Shown here in pieces: positions 8,967 through 18,269 of a stretch of DNA of 64,000 nt. Both the position numbers and the translations under genes were made by a program. The notes beneath the pieces were generated by a model. That model was not told where the DNA came from, did no database searches, and saw only the letters and a program-made list of their open reading frames with translations. The number at the start of each line of letters is the position of its first letter. Position 1 is the stretch's first letter. This DNA comes from an uncultured Pirellulales bacterium (GTDB taxonomy: Bacteria; Planctomycetota; Planctomycetia; Pirellulales; S012-138), in the NCBI GenBank assembly GCA_964445985.1, contig CAYUMU010000001.1, positions 71,596 through 135,595 on the forward strand, written 5' to 3'.

Positions 8967-11045
8967 ATGATTGGCCGCCTCAACGACAAGCTTTTCCTTG
9001 GGCCTGCACTGCTATTGATAGCGTTGCTGCTCGGCATGGTGTTGCACGTGGACTCGATATCTGCGGACGAGGGAATGTGGCTCTTCAACGATCTGCCCAA
9101 GGCTCGGCTGAAAGAGATCTACCAATTTGATCCCACCGACGAGTGGACCGAGCACTTGATGAAATCGAGTGTTCGCTTCAATTCTGGTGGATCAGCGTCG
9201 TTTATTTCGGCCAATGGCTTGGTGCTCACCAATCACCACGTGGGGGCCGATACCCTCCACAAGCTTTCCAACGCCAAACGAAACCTGTATGACGCTGGCT
9301 TTCTCGCGGAGTCGCTCAAGGACGAAATCCCGGCGCCCGATCTGGAGTTGAATCAGCTTGTTTCCATTGAGGATGTAACCGAAAAGATCCAGGCCGCGGT
9401 CAAGCCCACCATGACGGCCGCGGACGCCTCGAAAGCCCGCCAGGCGGCCATGTCGGTGATAGAGAGCGAGTCGCAGGAGAAGACGGGCTTCCGCAGCGAT
9501 GTTGTGACACTGTTCGGAGGAGCGAGATACCATCTTTACCGCTATAAACGCTATACCGATGTCCGGCTGGTATGGTCGCCCGAATCGTCCATCGCCTTCT
9601 TTGGCGGCGATGCCGACAATTTTGAATATCCTCGCTATTGCCTCGATGTGTGCATCTTTCGAGTCTATGAAAATGACCAGCCCGCCAAGATTGAACACTT
9701 TCTGAAGATTGCCTCGAAGATTGAAAAGGAAGAGCTGGTGTTTGTGTCTGGCAACCCAGGCAGCACCAATCGTATTTATACGGTGGCCGCGTTGAAGCAT
9801 CTCCGCGACACCTGGTTGCCGTATCTGATGGACTATCTCCGCCGTCAAGAAATCATGCTGCAACAGTTTAGCCTCGAAGGCGAAGAGCAGGAGCGCCGAG
9901 CCAAGGATGATTTGTTCTCCATTCAAAACAGCCGCAAGGCCGTGCAGGGAGAACTTTCTGGCATGCAAGATCCTGAGTTCTTCAAAACCAAGCGGCAACG
10001 CGAGGCGGCTCTGCTGGAACAGATTCAAGGAAATCCCAAACTCCGAGCCTACCAAACTGCTTGGGAAAAGATTGCGGCAGCCCAACAGCGGCGGGCCGCC
10101 ATCCAAGGCAAATCGCCTTCGATCAATGGGCGGCTATTCAGCCTTGCCGAAACCCTGGTGCGAATGGCCGATGAAGACGCCAAGCCCAGCCAAGACCGGC
10201 TGCGCGAATTTCGCGACTCCAATCGCGAATCGCTGGAGCAAGATCTCTATTCAGCCGCGCCCATCTACTTGGACTTGGAACAGGCCAAGTTGGCCGACTC
10301 GCTGGCGCGCATGACCGAACGGTTTGGCGGCGATCACCCTCTGGTGCGTCAGGTGCTATCAGGCAAGAACCCGCAAGACCGCGCGTCGGCCCTCGTCCAA
10401 GGCTCCAAACTAACCGACATCGATTTTCGCCGGGCACTGGCCGCGGGCGGCAAGGCCAAACTGGATGAAAGTCAAGATCCCATGTTGATCCTGGCGCGAT
10501 TGGTCGACCCTACCTCGCGACAGATCCGCACCGAGTTTGAAGAGATTCAAGAGGTGGAGCGACAGGCCTACGCTCAGATTGCCGAAGTTCTCTTCAGTCA
10601 GCAGGGAACCGCCACCTACCCCGATGCCACCTTCACACTGCGACTGGCATTCGGACCGATTCGGGGCTACGAAGAAGGAGGCCGTGAAATTGCGGCCTGG
10701 ACCACCATGGGTGGCGCTTTTGAGTCGGAACAGGCACATGGCGCCAAGTCGCCCTGGAAATTGCCCGAATCGTGGCACGCGGCCAAATCGAAACTGAACC
10801 TGGAAACTCCCTTCAACTTTGTCTGCACCGCCGACATTATCGGAGGCAACTCCGGGAGCCCCGTTGTCAACCGGGCAGGCGAGCTGGTAGGCGTCATTTT
10901 CGACGGCAATATTCAGTCGCTCGCGGCCGACTATTTGTATAGCGAGGAACAGGCCAGGGCGGTTTCCGTCGCGGCGCCGGCCGTGATCGAGTCGTTACGC
11001 AAGATTTATCGAGCGGAGCGGATCGTCGATGAGTTGATGAAGTAA
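8967..11045 (+). CDS. peptidase family S46 (dipeptidyl-peptidase 7/11-like serine protease)
   Basis: ATG at 8967, then a signal peptide and DEGMWLFNDLP, which is typical of the mature N-terminus of S46 enzymes. Catalytic motifs LTNHHV (His) and GGNSGSPVVNRAGELVGVIFDGN (Ser). Confidence 0.9.
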   Translation: MIGRLNDKLFLGPALLLIALLLGMVLHVDSISADEGMWLFNDLPKARLKEIYQFDPTDEWTEHLMKSSVRFNSGGSASFISANGLVLTNHHVGADTLHKLSNAKRNLYDAGFLAESLKDEIPAPDLELNQLVSIEDVTEKIQAAVKPTMTAADASKARQAAMSVIESESQEKTGFRSDVVTLFGGARYHLYRYKRYTDVRLVWSPESSIAFFGGDADNFEYPRYCLDVCIFRVYENDQPAKIEHFLKIASKIEKEELVFVSGNPGSTNRIYTVAALKHLRDTWLPYLMDYLRRQEIMLQQFSLEGEEQERRAKDDLFSIQNSRKAVQGELSGMQDPEFFKTKRQREAALLEQIQGNPKLRAYQTAWEKIAAAQQRRAAIQGKSPSINGRLFSLAETLVRMADEDAKPSQDRLREFRDSNRESLEQDLYSAAPIYLDLEQAKLADSLARMTERFGGDHPLVRQVLSGKNPQDRASALVQGSKLTDIDFRRALAAGGKAKLDESQDPMLILARLVDPTSRQIRTEFEEIQEVERQAYAQIAEVLFSQQGTATYPDATFTLRLAFGPIRGYEEGGREIAAWTTMGGAFESEQAHGAKSPWKLPESWHAAKSKLNLETPFNFVCTADIIGGNSGSPVVNRAGELVGVIFDGNIQSLAADYLYSEEQARAVSVAAPAVIESLRKIYRAERIVDELMK

Positions 11046-11090
11046 ACCACTCCAACCGCAGGCAGCGGTTGCACAGCGAAAAATTTTGAG

Positions 11091-11137
11091 CCGCGGCCGC
11101 AACGCCAACTCTTTGGCAATGCGGCCGCGGTTTTTTT
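11091..11137 (+). terminator. rho-independent terminator after the S46 peptidase gene
   Basis: Perfect 10-bp GC stem ccgcggccgc (11091-11100) / gcggccgcgg (11121-11130), plus one A-T pair, followed by a T7 run (11131-11137). It starts 46 nt after the stop codon. Confidence 0.8.
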
Positions 11138-11614
11138 GCGTTGGCTTACAAATGTTGGCGCTCGCCTCGCAAACCGCCCAAACCGAACAATCGGCACAAC
11201 CTGAGGGACTGCTATAAAGGGAAGCAATGCTTGCAGCTTCGCGCGACAGTCATATTCGAAAAACATGACGTAAACGGAATATCTTTTCTGAAAAACCTCG
11301 CCGCGGCTTTACTTGCTAGTGAAGATGTCATTGCTTCCCTCATTCTCCAGTTTATTTGGGATTCATTTAATCTCATTCGCTTGCATTCGAGTGGAAAACA
11401 TTCAAGAATGACGTACAAGATTGAACAGCCAGAGATAGAGGACCCCCAGTGGTTCTAATCTCACGGCTCATGAATGTGAACATGAGTAGCCGTTGTGATC
11501 GTGCCCCGGCCTGGAAGGCTCGCATGTGGCAACGGGTTGATCGAGATTCATATCAACACCGCAAGGGCCAGTTCGGCGCAAGGAGGGCCGAAGCGAGGTC
11601 GAGGAGCTTGAACG

Positions 11615-13165
11615 ATGCGTTTCTTTTCCGGGTTATTCGCCCTGGTCGCGCTCGCTTCGCCGCTCGGCATTCTCACAGGCGATTGCTGGGGGCAAGGGTG
11701 CCAGCCACTCGCTTGCGAGGTCTACCCCACTCAGACCTACCGACTGGTCTACGAGAATGCCTGCGAGCAGCGGCAGGTCACCTGCTACCGCCTCGAGACG
11801 GAAACCGTTTATGAACAACAGCAGGTAACCTGCTACCGCAATGTGTGGGAAACGGAAACGCGCGAACGCCGCTACAACGTGCAGCGGCCGGTTTGGGAAA
11901 CCAACGAGCGCGAAGAACGCTTCACGGTGCAAAAGCCCGTGTGGGAAACGCGCATGCGTACCGTCAACTACAACACGGTTCGCAACGTGGTGGAAAACCT
12001 GGAACGCGAAGAGCGGTTTACCGTGCAGCGGCCCGTGGTGGAAACCCACATGCGAGAAGAACGCTTCTGCGTGCAGCGCCCCGTGATGGAAACCGCTGAG
12101 CGCGAAGAGTGTCAAACGGTGATGCGCCCCTGCACAACCTACAAGACCGTGTCGGTCGACAACGGCTGCTGGACCGAGCAGCAGGTGCTTCGTCCAGGCC
12201 CGGTGCAAACACGTTTGCGGTGGGTGCCCGGTGGTTGCCAGGTGGATCCTGTCACAGGGCAGTCGTTCTACCGGGGAGGCGGATTGTCTTGGGTGCAACA
12301 GCCCTGCCCGCCCACCGTGGAATGCCAGAAGGTTTGGAAGCCCAATGTGCAATGCTTCCAGGTTCCGCAAACGGTCATGGTTCCGCAAGTGGAACGGCGA
12401 ACCGTGCAGTACCAGGTCTGCAAAATGGTAACCGAAGAGCGCGTGCGGCAAGTGCCCTACCAGGTATGCAAGACCGTGTGCGAAGTTCAGGTTCGTAAAG
12501 TTCCGTACCAGGTTTGCCGCCAGGTGGTGGAAACCTGCCAACAGCAAGTGCCAGAACGTGTTTGCCGGATGGTGTGCGAAGAGCAAGTTCGACGAATTCC
12601 CTACACCACCTGTCGCATGGTTTGCGAAGAACGCGTGGAGCAGATTCCGGTTCGGGTTTGCCGGCAAGTCGCCGTGCAGCAAACCATTCAAGTGCCGCGC
12701 TGTGTAACTCGCAAGGTTCCCGTGACTTACACCATGAACGTACCGCGAGTCATTGTGCATCGTATTCCCGTGGATCCTTGCACCGGGGCCGACGTCGCCC
12801 CCACGCCCTCGCAAGACAGCGGGCCTTTGACGCAACCAATGGTGGAACAGCATTCGCTGATTCAACCGCCCGCGTCCGATAGGCAGCCTACTCCGGCGAT
12901 CCCTTCCACTCAGCCGCAGCCCGAGCCCTCTCAACCCCGCACGTTTGGACCGGGTGGAGTTGCACCGCGGCCGGCATATCCGCAAACACGGCCCGACGTG
13001 CCTCGAACGGAACCAGAAACGCCGCAACCGCGGTTGGAACCGAATGAAGGTCCCGATGAAGGCTCCACGGGCGCTCCCAATGTGAATACCAACTTCCGAT
13101 CGACCTGGCGGCAGAGCCTGCCCGGGCAACCGTCGCTGAACGCCGCCTCCTTCCATCGCGGCTAA
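11615..13165 (+). CDS. secreted Cys-rich tandem-repeat protein with a Pro-rich C-terminal tail (516 aa)
   Basis: GAGGAG lies 8 nt upstream of the ATG, and there is a signal peptide. Two repeat blocks are present (see the repeat feature). The C-terminal ~125 aa are Pro/Gln/Thr-rich. Confidence 0.8.
   Translation: MRFFSGLFALVALASPLGILTGDCWGQGCQPLACEVYPTQTYRLVYENACEQRQVTCYRLETETVYEQQQVTCYRNVWETETRERRYNVQRPVWETNEREERFTVQKPVWETRMRTVNYNTVRNVVENLEREERFTVQRPVVETHMREERFCVQRPVMETAEREECQTVMRPCTTYKTVSVDNGCWTEQQVLRPGPVQTRLRWVPGGCQVDPVTGQSFYRGGGLSWVQQPCPPTVECQKVWKPNVQCFQVPQTVMVPQVERRTVQYQVCKMVTEERVRQVPYQVCKTVCEVQVRKVPYQVCRQVVETCQQQVPERVCRMVCEEQVRRIPYTTCRMVCEERVEQIPVRVCRQVAVQQTIQVPRCVTRKVPVTYTMNVPRVIVHRIPVDPCTGADVAPTPSQDSGPLTQPMVEQHSLIQPPASDRQPTPAIPSTQPQPEPSQPRTFGPGGVAPRPAYPQTRPDVPRTEPETPQPRLEPNEGPDEGSTGAPNVNTNFRSTWRQSLPGQPSLNAASFHRG
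11744..12769 (+). repeat. intragenic short peptide repeats (~13-19 aa units) in two blocks
   Basis: Block 1 units: VQRPVWETNEREERFT / VQKPVWETRMRTVNYNT / VRNVVENLEREERFT / VQRPVVETHMREERFC / VQRPVMETAEREECQT. Block 2 units: VRQVPYQVCKTVCEVQ / VRKVPYQVCRQVVETCQQQ / VPERVCRMVCEEQ / VRRIPYTTCRMVCEER / VEQIPVRVCRQVAVQ. Reminiscent of the 'YTV' repeat described for Rhodopirellula proteins (from memory, not verified). Confidence 0.7.
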
Positions 13166-13208
13166 TTTACAACTTACCAATGATGTTCGGGTTGCAGTCT
13201 GAAACGCA

Positions 13209-13243
13209 AACGCCCGGCCGATTGCTTCAATCGGCCGGGCGTT
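13209..13243. terminator. bidirectional stem-loop between the convergent repeat-protein and sod genes
   Basis: 15-bp perfect stem aacgcccggccgatt / aatcggccgggcgtt with a 5-nt loop. The flanking U-runs are only weak (gctgttt on +, gcgtttc on -). Confidence 0.55.
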
Positions 13244-13313
13244 GCTGTTTGATGAACGGAGTCGTCCGCGGCCAGCAAAGTTGACTGCCAGGCGAGCGGG
13301 ACCCGGGGCGGGA

Positions 13314-13922
13314 CTACTTGGCCTTCCCGTATCGTTCGGCAACGGCGGACCAGTTGATCACATTGAAAAAGGCAGCCATGTAGTCGGGACGGCGATTTTG
13401 ATACTTCAAATAGTAGGCATGCTCCCACACGTCCATCCCTAAGATCGGCGTGTGCCCCACCATCAGAGGGCTGTCCTGGTTGGGAGTGCTCTCCACGGTC
13501 AACTTCTTATCGCCGTCGAGACTCAGCCAGGCCCAACCGCTGCCGAAACGCTTGGCGCCGGCTTCGGTAAACTTCTCTTTGAAGGTTGCAAAACTGCCAA
13601 AGGCGGAAGTAATTGCTGAAGCCAATTCGCCACTGGGCTCGCCGCCGCCGTTGGGGCTCATGATGGTCCAAAACAGCGAGTGATTGGCGTGGCCGCCACC
13701 GTTATTCCTCACGGCGGTGCGAATGTTCTCCGGAACCGTATCGATTTTGCCGCACAACTCTTCGATCGAAAGCTTGCCCAAGTCAGAGGTTCCGAGCGCG
13801 TCGTTCACGTTTTTTACGTACGCCGCGTGATGCTTGTCGTGATGGATCTCCATCGTCTTCGCGTCGATATGCGGTTCCAAAGCATCAAACGCATACGGCA
13901 GGTCGGGAAGGGTGTACGCCAC
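13314..13922 (-). CDS. sodA: superoxide dismutase, Fe/Mn family (Mn-type signature)
   Basis: GTG start at 13922 with AGGAGA 6 nt upstream gives (M)[31 protein letters not shown]… The ORF-track start at 13958 is probably 12 codons too long. The C-terminal [18 protein letters not shown] matches the Mn-SOD-type motif. Confidence 0.93.
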   Translation of the reverse strand: MAYTLPDLPYAFDALEPHIDAKTMEIHHDKHHAAYVKNVNDALGTSDLGKLSIEELCGKIDTVPENIRTAVRNNGGGHANHSLFWTIMSPNGGGEPSGELASAITSAFGSFATFKEKFTEAGAKRFGSGWAWLSLDGDKKLTVESTPNQDSPLMVGHTPILGMDVWEHAYYLKYQNRRPDYMAAFFNVINWSAVAERYGKAK

Positions 13923-14259
13923 GGCTAATCTCCTGTGGTGAAGCGGCCCCTCAGGCAAAATTCAATAAGGAGGGGCGAACGAATATGGGACTTTAGTACA
14001 CGTGAATGGCAGATCGCCTCGAACATACCGAAAAGGTCGAGTGCTCGCAAATGAGACGCGGCACGGCATCGGCGTTAACCGAAGGTTTCGTCCCCGCCGC
14101 GAACGCACCAATTGAGCCAGGGTCGGTAGCCGTTTGGATCAGCGGGGTGCGAAAACTGCTTCCGGGGCCTATCTTCCCAGGCTCGGCAACTACAGAATCA
14201 CGCTGAGCAGCATTTGCGCCAACCTGCCCAATTTTGCGCTAACCTTCGCCGCCCCCCAC

Positions 14260-15720
14260 ATGAGCGATTCGCCCATCCCCCCGCCATTCATTGTCCCCAC
14301 GCCGCAGACCGAACGGTTAGAAGTCTCACCCGAGGCCATGCGGAAAATGGGTTACGAGGCGATCGACTTGCTCGTCGCTCATTTCGAAGGACTGCCCAAT
14401 AAGCCAGCCACGAGGCATGTCGATCGAGAAACGCTCAAGGCGAAGCTCTTCTGCCCACCCCCAGAACATCCAGAACCTTGGCACGACATCTTGGCCGGTG
14501 TTCAGCAAGATGTCATGTCGGCGATTGGCCTCACCGGGCATCCACGGTTCTTTGCATTTGTACCCAGTCCGAGCAATTTTGTCAGCGTGATGGCCGAATG
14601 CCTGGCGGCCGGCTTCAATGTGTTTGCAGGCAATTGGTTAGAAGGCGCCGGCCCCAGTCAGGTGGAGCGAACCGTGCTCGAATGGCTGCGCACCTGGTGC
14701 GGCATGCCCGAAGATACCGGCGGGGTTTTGGTGAGCGGCGGTTCTCATGCCAACCTGACGGCTCTCGCCACGGCTCGGCACGTAAAACTTCGGAACAACG
14801 CGGTTCAGGGGGTCGCCTATGGCTCAGACCAATGCCATTCGTCGCTCAAACGTGCCTTTCAACTGCTGGGCTTTGCGCCCGACCAGTTTATTCAACTCCC
14901 TTGCGACGAACAGTTTCGGCTGCCCGTTGCGGCCCTGCGAGAACGGGTGGCCTTGGATCGGCGGCGCGGGCTCCATCCGTTTTGCGTGGTCGCCAATGCC
15001 GGTACGACCAATACCGGCGCGGTGGACCCTTTCCCAGAATTGGCCGATTTTTGCGAGCAAGAGGGGCTATGGTTGCACGCCGACGGCGCCTATGGAGCCG
15101 CGGCCGTGCTTTGCGAAGATGGGAAACAGGCCCTGGGCGGCCTCGGCCGGGTAGACTCCCTGACCATTGATCCCCACAAGTGGTTGTTTCAGCCCTACGA
15201 GTGCGGTTGTGTCTTGGTCCGTCGGTGGCGGGATCTGTTCGACGCCTTTCAGGTGTCTGCCGAATACCTGGCCGATGCTTTGCGGATTAGCGAAGACGTG
15301 AATTTTCAAGACATGGGGATTCAACTCACGCGATCGTTCCGTGCCCTCAAGCTCTGGATGTCGGTTCGCTTCTTCGGGCTCGAGGCGTTCCGGCAGGCCA
15401 TTGGCCGCGGCATCCAATTGGGGCAGATCACGGAACGACTGATTCGGGAAAGTGAAGTTTTGCATATTTTCTCCGCCGCCCAACTTGGTATCGTTACCTT
15501 CTTTTACGCTCGAGCCGAGCACGACCTGTCGGCCGCCAACGAAATCAATCAGCAAATCGTAGATCGAGTCCTCTCCCTGGGGTTTGCCACGGTAACTTCG
15601 ACCAAATTGCATGGGCGTAGGGTTTTGCGCATGTGTACGATCAATCCGCGTACCTCGGAAGAAGATCTGCGGGCCACCTTGGCTCACCTGATCCAACTGG
15701 GCGAGGAAATCAGTTCATGA
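14260..15720 (+). CDS. PLP-dependent group II decarboxylase (aromatic-L-amino-acid decarboxylase-like)
   Basis: SGGSHANLTAL and the PLP-lysine motif SLTIDPHKWLFQPYECG; length is about 486 aa. Start chosen at the ATG at 14260 (MSDSPIPP…); the upstream part of the ORF looks non-coding. Confidence 0.85.
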   Translation: MSDSPIPPPFIVPTPQTERLEVSPEAMRKMGYEAIDLLVAHFEGLPNKPATRHVDRETLKAKLFCPPPEHPEPWHDILAGVQQDVMSAIGLTGHPRFFAFVPSPSNFVSVMAECLAAGFNVFAGNWLEGAGPSQVERTVLEWLRTWCGMPEDTGGVLVSGGSHANLTALATARHVKLRNNAVQGVAYGSDQCHSSLKRAFQLLGFAPDQFIQLPCDEQFRLPVAALRERVALDRRRGLHPFCVVANAGTTNTGAVDPFPELADFCEQEGLWLHADGAYGAAAVLCEDGKQALGGLGRVDSLTIDPHKWLFQPYECGCVLVRRWRDLFDAFQVSAEYLADALRISEDVNFQDMGIQLTRSFRALKLWMSVRFFGLEAFRQAIGRGIQLGQITERLIRESEVLHIFSAAQLGIVTFFYARAEHDLSAANEINQQIVDRVLSLGFATVTSTKLHGRRVLRMCTINPRTSEEDLRATLAHLIQLGEEISS

Positions 15721-15991
15721 GCCCGCGGCCCTCCCAAGCAATTGTTCGTAACTGCAAGAATGGCCGATTTATGTGGCATTTTGTCGCACCCAGCGGAGGG
15801 CCTTGCCCCTGCTATTCAATCGTGTACAAAGAGCGTTGCTTATTTGTTCGGGGGAATTGTAAAAACTTCGGTCGGCGGCCTGCGGTTTTCCGCGGGACGA
15901 TCACGGGGTTTCCATTGAGCGCAAGCCGTTTCTCCTGCTTTGCTTAACAGCCAGTGGGAATGGGAGCGGCGGTCACGGCGAGTGGACGCGA

Positions 15992-17167
15992 ATGGACGAC
16001 AAAAAGAAAATGACGGTCGCCGAAATTCTGGCGGCCGCTCGCAAGTCGGATAGCGGCAATGCGGCCGGTTCGGGCGGCGCTAGCGCCAATGAGGGAGTTG
16101 CTGCTTCCCAGCCTGCGCCCCCTCCGGCGAGTCCTCCAGCATCGGACACGCCCGGCGCTAAGCCCAGCGTGGCGGAAATTTTGGCCAAGGCCCGAGCAGA
16201 GAAGCAAGCGGCGGCCGCTCCCAAGGCCGAGTCTTCCGCCCCCGAAACTGCCAAGCCTGCCCCGCCCGCCACTGCGGGTGGCAAGCCCAGCGTCGCCGAC
16301 ATTCTGGCCGCCGCAAGGCAGGCAAAAGGTGGCGCGGCTGCAACGCCTGCCGCGGCCGAATCGACCCCCGCAAAGGCGCCCGCCGCCAAGTCGGTGGAAA
16401 AGAAGGCAGTTGTACCCGAGGAACCGGTTGCTCCGGCAGGTCCGCCGCAAACGGCGAGCATTTTGGCTGCGGCCCGAGCCGACAAGAAACGTGGTCCGCT
16501 CAGCAAAGCCGAGGCTGGGATCGCGAGCGAACCTCGGGAAAATCGCGTTGAGAACGCCCTGGCAAAGCCAGGTAAGCCAGCAGTTCCGCCGATGCCCGCC
16601 AAGCCGGCCTACGCCCAAAAGAAACCGGCCGACGCCAAGAAGGTCGATCAGGGTCGTCGTGGCGTATTGGCAATGATGGGGGCGATGGTCGGCACGTCAC
16701 TCGGCATCGGGTTTGGCGCTCTGGCTGGCACCTTCGGTCTGTGGACCCTTGGGTTCGCCCGCTTCATGTTCCCCAACATTCTCACGGAACCGCCGAGCCA
16801 GTTCAAAATTGGTCAGCCATCGGACTTCCCGCCTGGCATGGTCGATGAGCGGTTCAAGGCGGCATTCGGCGTCTGGGTGGTCAATGGCGAATACAACGGC
16901 CAGCAGTTGATCTACGCCTTGAAGACCGTCTGTACACACTTGGGCTGCACGCCCAACTGGCTGGAAAGCGAACAAAAATTCAAGTGCCCCTGCCACGGCA
17001 GCGGTTTTTACGTCGATGGGATTAATTTTGAAGGCCCCGCCCCGCGTCCCCTGGAGCGGTATGCGATCCGACTGGCCGATGACGGTCAGATTGAGATCGA
17101 TAAGAGCCGCGTCTTTCAAGAAGAAAAAGGTGAGTGGACCAATTCTGACAGTTTTGTCGTGGTCTAA
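15992..17167 (+). CDS. Rieske [2Fe-2S] subunit of a cytochrome bc-type complex, with a ~220-aa Ala/Pro-rich N-terminal extension
   Basis: Rieske boxes CTHLGCTPNW … CPCHGSGF. A twin-arginine motif (QGRRGVLAMMGAMVG) is followed by a TM helix at aa ~222-250. The extension carries 4 repeats (see the repeat feature). Confidence 0.9.
   Translation: MDDKKKMTVAEILAAARKSDSGNAAGSGGASANEGVAASQPAPPPASPPASDTPGAKPSVAEILAKARAEKQAAAAPKAESSAPETAKPAPPATAGGKPSVADILAAARQAKGGAAATPAAAESTPAKAPAAKSVEKKAVVPEEPVAPAGPPQTASILAAARADKKRGPLSKAEAGIASEPRENRVENALAKPGKPAVPPMPAKPAYAQKKPADAKKVDQGRRGVLAMMGAMVGTSLGIGFGALAGTFGLWTLGFARFMFPNILTEPPSQFKIGQPSDFPPGMVDERFKAAFGVWVVNGEYNGQQLIYALKTVCTHLGCTPNWLESEQKFKCPCHGSGFYVDGINFEGPAPRPLERYAIRLADDGQIEIDKSRVFQEEKGEWTNSDSFVVV
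16013..16477 (+). repeat. four copies of a 10-aa motif [ST][VA][AS][ED]ILA[AK]AR inside the Rieske N-terminal extension
   Basis: The copies are TVAEILAAAR (aa 8-17), SVAEILAKAR (59-68), SVADILAAAR (100-109) and TASILAAARA (154-163). Copies 2 and 3 also repeat at the DNA level (aagcccagcgt[g/c]gc[g/c]ga[a/c]att[t/c]tggcc). Confidence 0.75.
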
Positions 17168-17381
17168 GCACTGACTGCAAGGAGCGGAGCGCCGGACCCT
17201 GCTCCGCATGGGGATGGGTGGGTTTGCCTGCTCTGTTCACTGCCGCTGGAATTGGTTTTGAAGGTGGGGCGCGCCGTTCGACCGGCCGGCTCATGCAAAT
17301 GGAATGTTTTCGGATCCAACCGCTAGGGTTGGGCTGACTAGATATCGCCACGCTAATCTCGAGATTCATTAGGATAGGCCG

Positions 17382-18158
17382 ATGCCGTCAATTGGCGAAA
17401 CGGTTCGCAATAGCCAGATCTGGAAGAGTGTTTTCCGTCACCCGATGCCGCTAGATCGGCGAAATCGCATCGTGGTGATGCTGACGAACTTCTTCCTGCA
17501 CTTGCACCCGGTTTCGATCAAGAAGCAGGGGATCGCTCTCAGTTACACCTGGTGCATGGGTGGAGTGACCTTCTTCCTGTTTCTGGTGGAAACGGTCACC
17601 GGCGTGCTGCTGATGTTTTACTATCGGCCCACGCTTGAATGGGCTTATGCCGATATTCAGGCCCTCCGCGATGTAACCAGTTTAGGCATCTTGCGCGAAC
17701 TCCATCGCTGGGGCGCCCATGCCATGGTCATCACCGTCTGGCTGCATATGTATCGCGTGTTTCTGACCGGAAGTTATAAACCGCCCCGCGAGTTCAACTG
17801 GGTGGTCGGGGTAATTCTGCTGCTGCTCACGCTGCTGCTTTCGTTCACGGGCTATTTGCTGCCGTGGGATCAGTTGGCGATCTGGGCTATTACCGTGGGT
17901 TCCAACATGGCTCGGGCCACTCCGTTGCTTGGCAGCGAAGGTCCGGGGCAGCAGTTATTAACGGTGGGCGGAATTGACATGATCACCAGCGGGTCGGACG
18001 CCCGATTTGGTTTGCTTGGCGCTCGATTTGTGGGCGAAGAAACGCTGAACCGGTTCTACGTGTTGCACTGCATCGCCATTCCCTTGGCGGTGGCCATGCT
18101 CCTTGCGATCCACTTTTGGCGAGTTCGCAAAGACGGCGGCATCAGCGGTCCACTGTAA
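17382..18158 (+). CDS. cytochrome b, N-terminal (b6-like, haem-binding four-helix) subunit
   Basis: 258 aa with the typical cytochrome b/b6 N-terminal pattern (…[27 protein letters not shown]…[38 protein letters not shown]…[14 protein letters not shown]). Conserved His pairs sit in helices B and D. Confidence 0.9.
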   Translation: MPSIGETVRNSQIWKSVFRHPMPLDRRNRIVVMLTNFFLHLHPVSIKKQGIALSYTWCMGGVTFFLFLVETVTGVLLMFYYRPTLEWAYADIQALRDVTSLGILRELHRWGAHAMVITVWLHMYRVFLTGSYKPPREFNWVVGVILLLLTLLLSFTGYLLPWDQLAIWAITVGSNMARATPLLGSEGPGQQLLTVGGIDMITSGSDARFGLLGARFVGEETLNRFYVLHCIAIPLAVAMLLAIHFWRVRKDGGISGPL

Positions 18159-18269
18159 TTTTGCAATTCAGTAACCAAGGTCACGGCAGACAACTTGAAG
18201 ATAGGTCTCCTCCCCCCAGAGCAACCTGCTGGCGAACAATAGCCCAGGTTGGCGAGAACGGATCCTAGA

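Noticed and set aside
11633-13342. 569-aa minus-strand ORF opposite the Cys-rich repeat protein
   Set aside because: It mirrors the repeat periodicity of the plus-strand gene and has no signal peptide or RBS. It runs through the convergent terminator hairpin and into the sodA 3' end. The plus frame has an SD, a signal peptide and coherent repeats.
15944-16618. 224-aa and 209-aa minus-strand ORFs (and the 205-aa plus-strand ORF at 16059-16676) over the Rieske N-terminal extension
   Set aside because: They are products of GC-rich, Ala/Pro-coding low-complexity DNA, which stays open in several frames. Only the 15992 frame continues into the Tat motif and the Rieske 2Fe-2S boxes.
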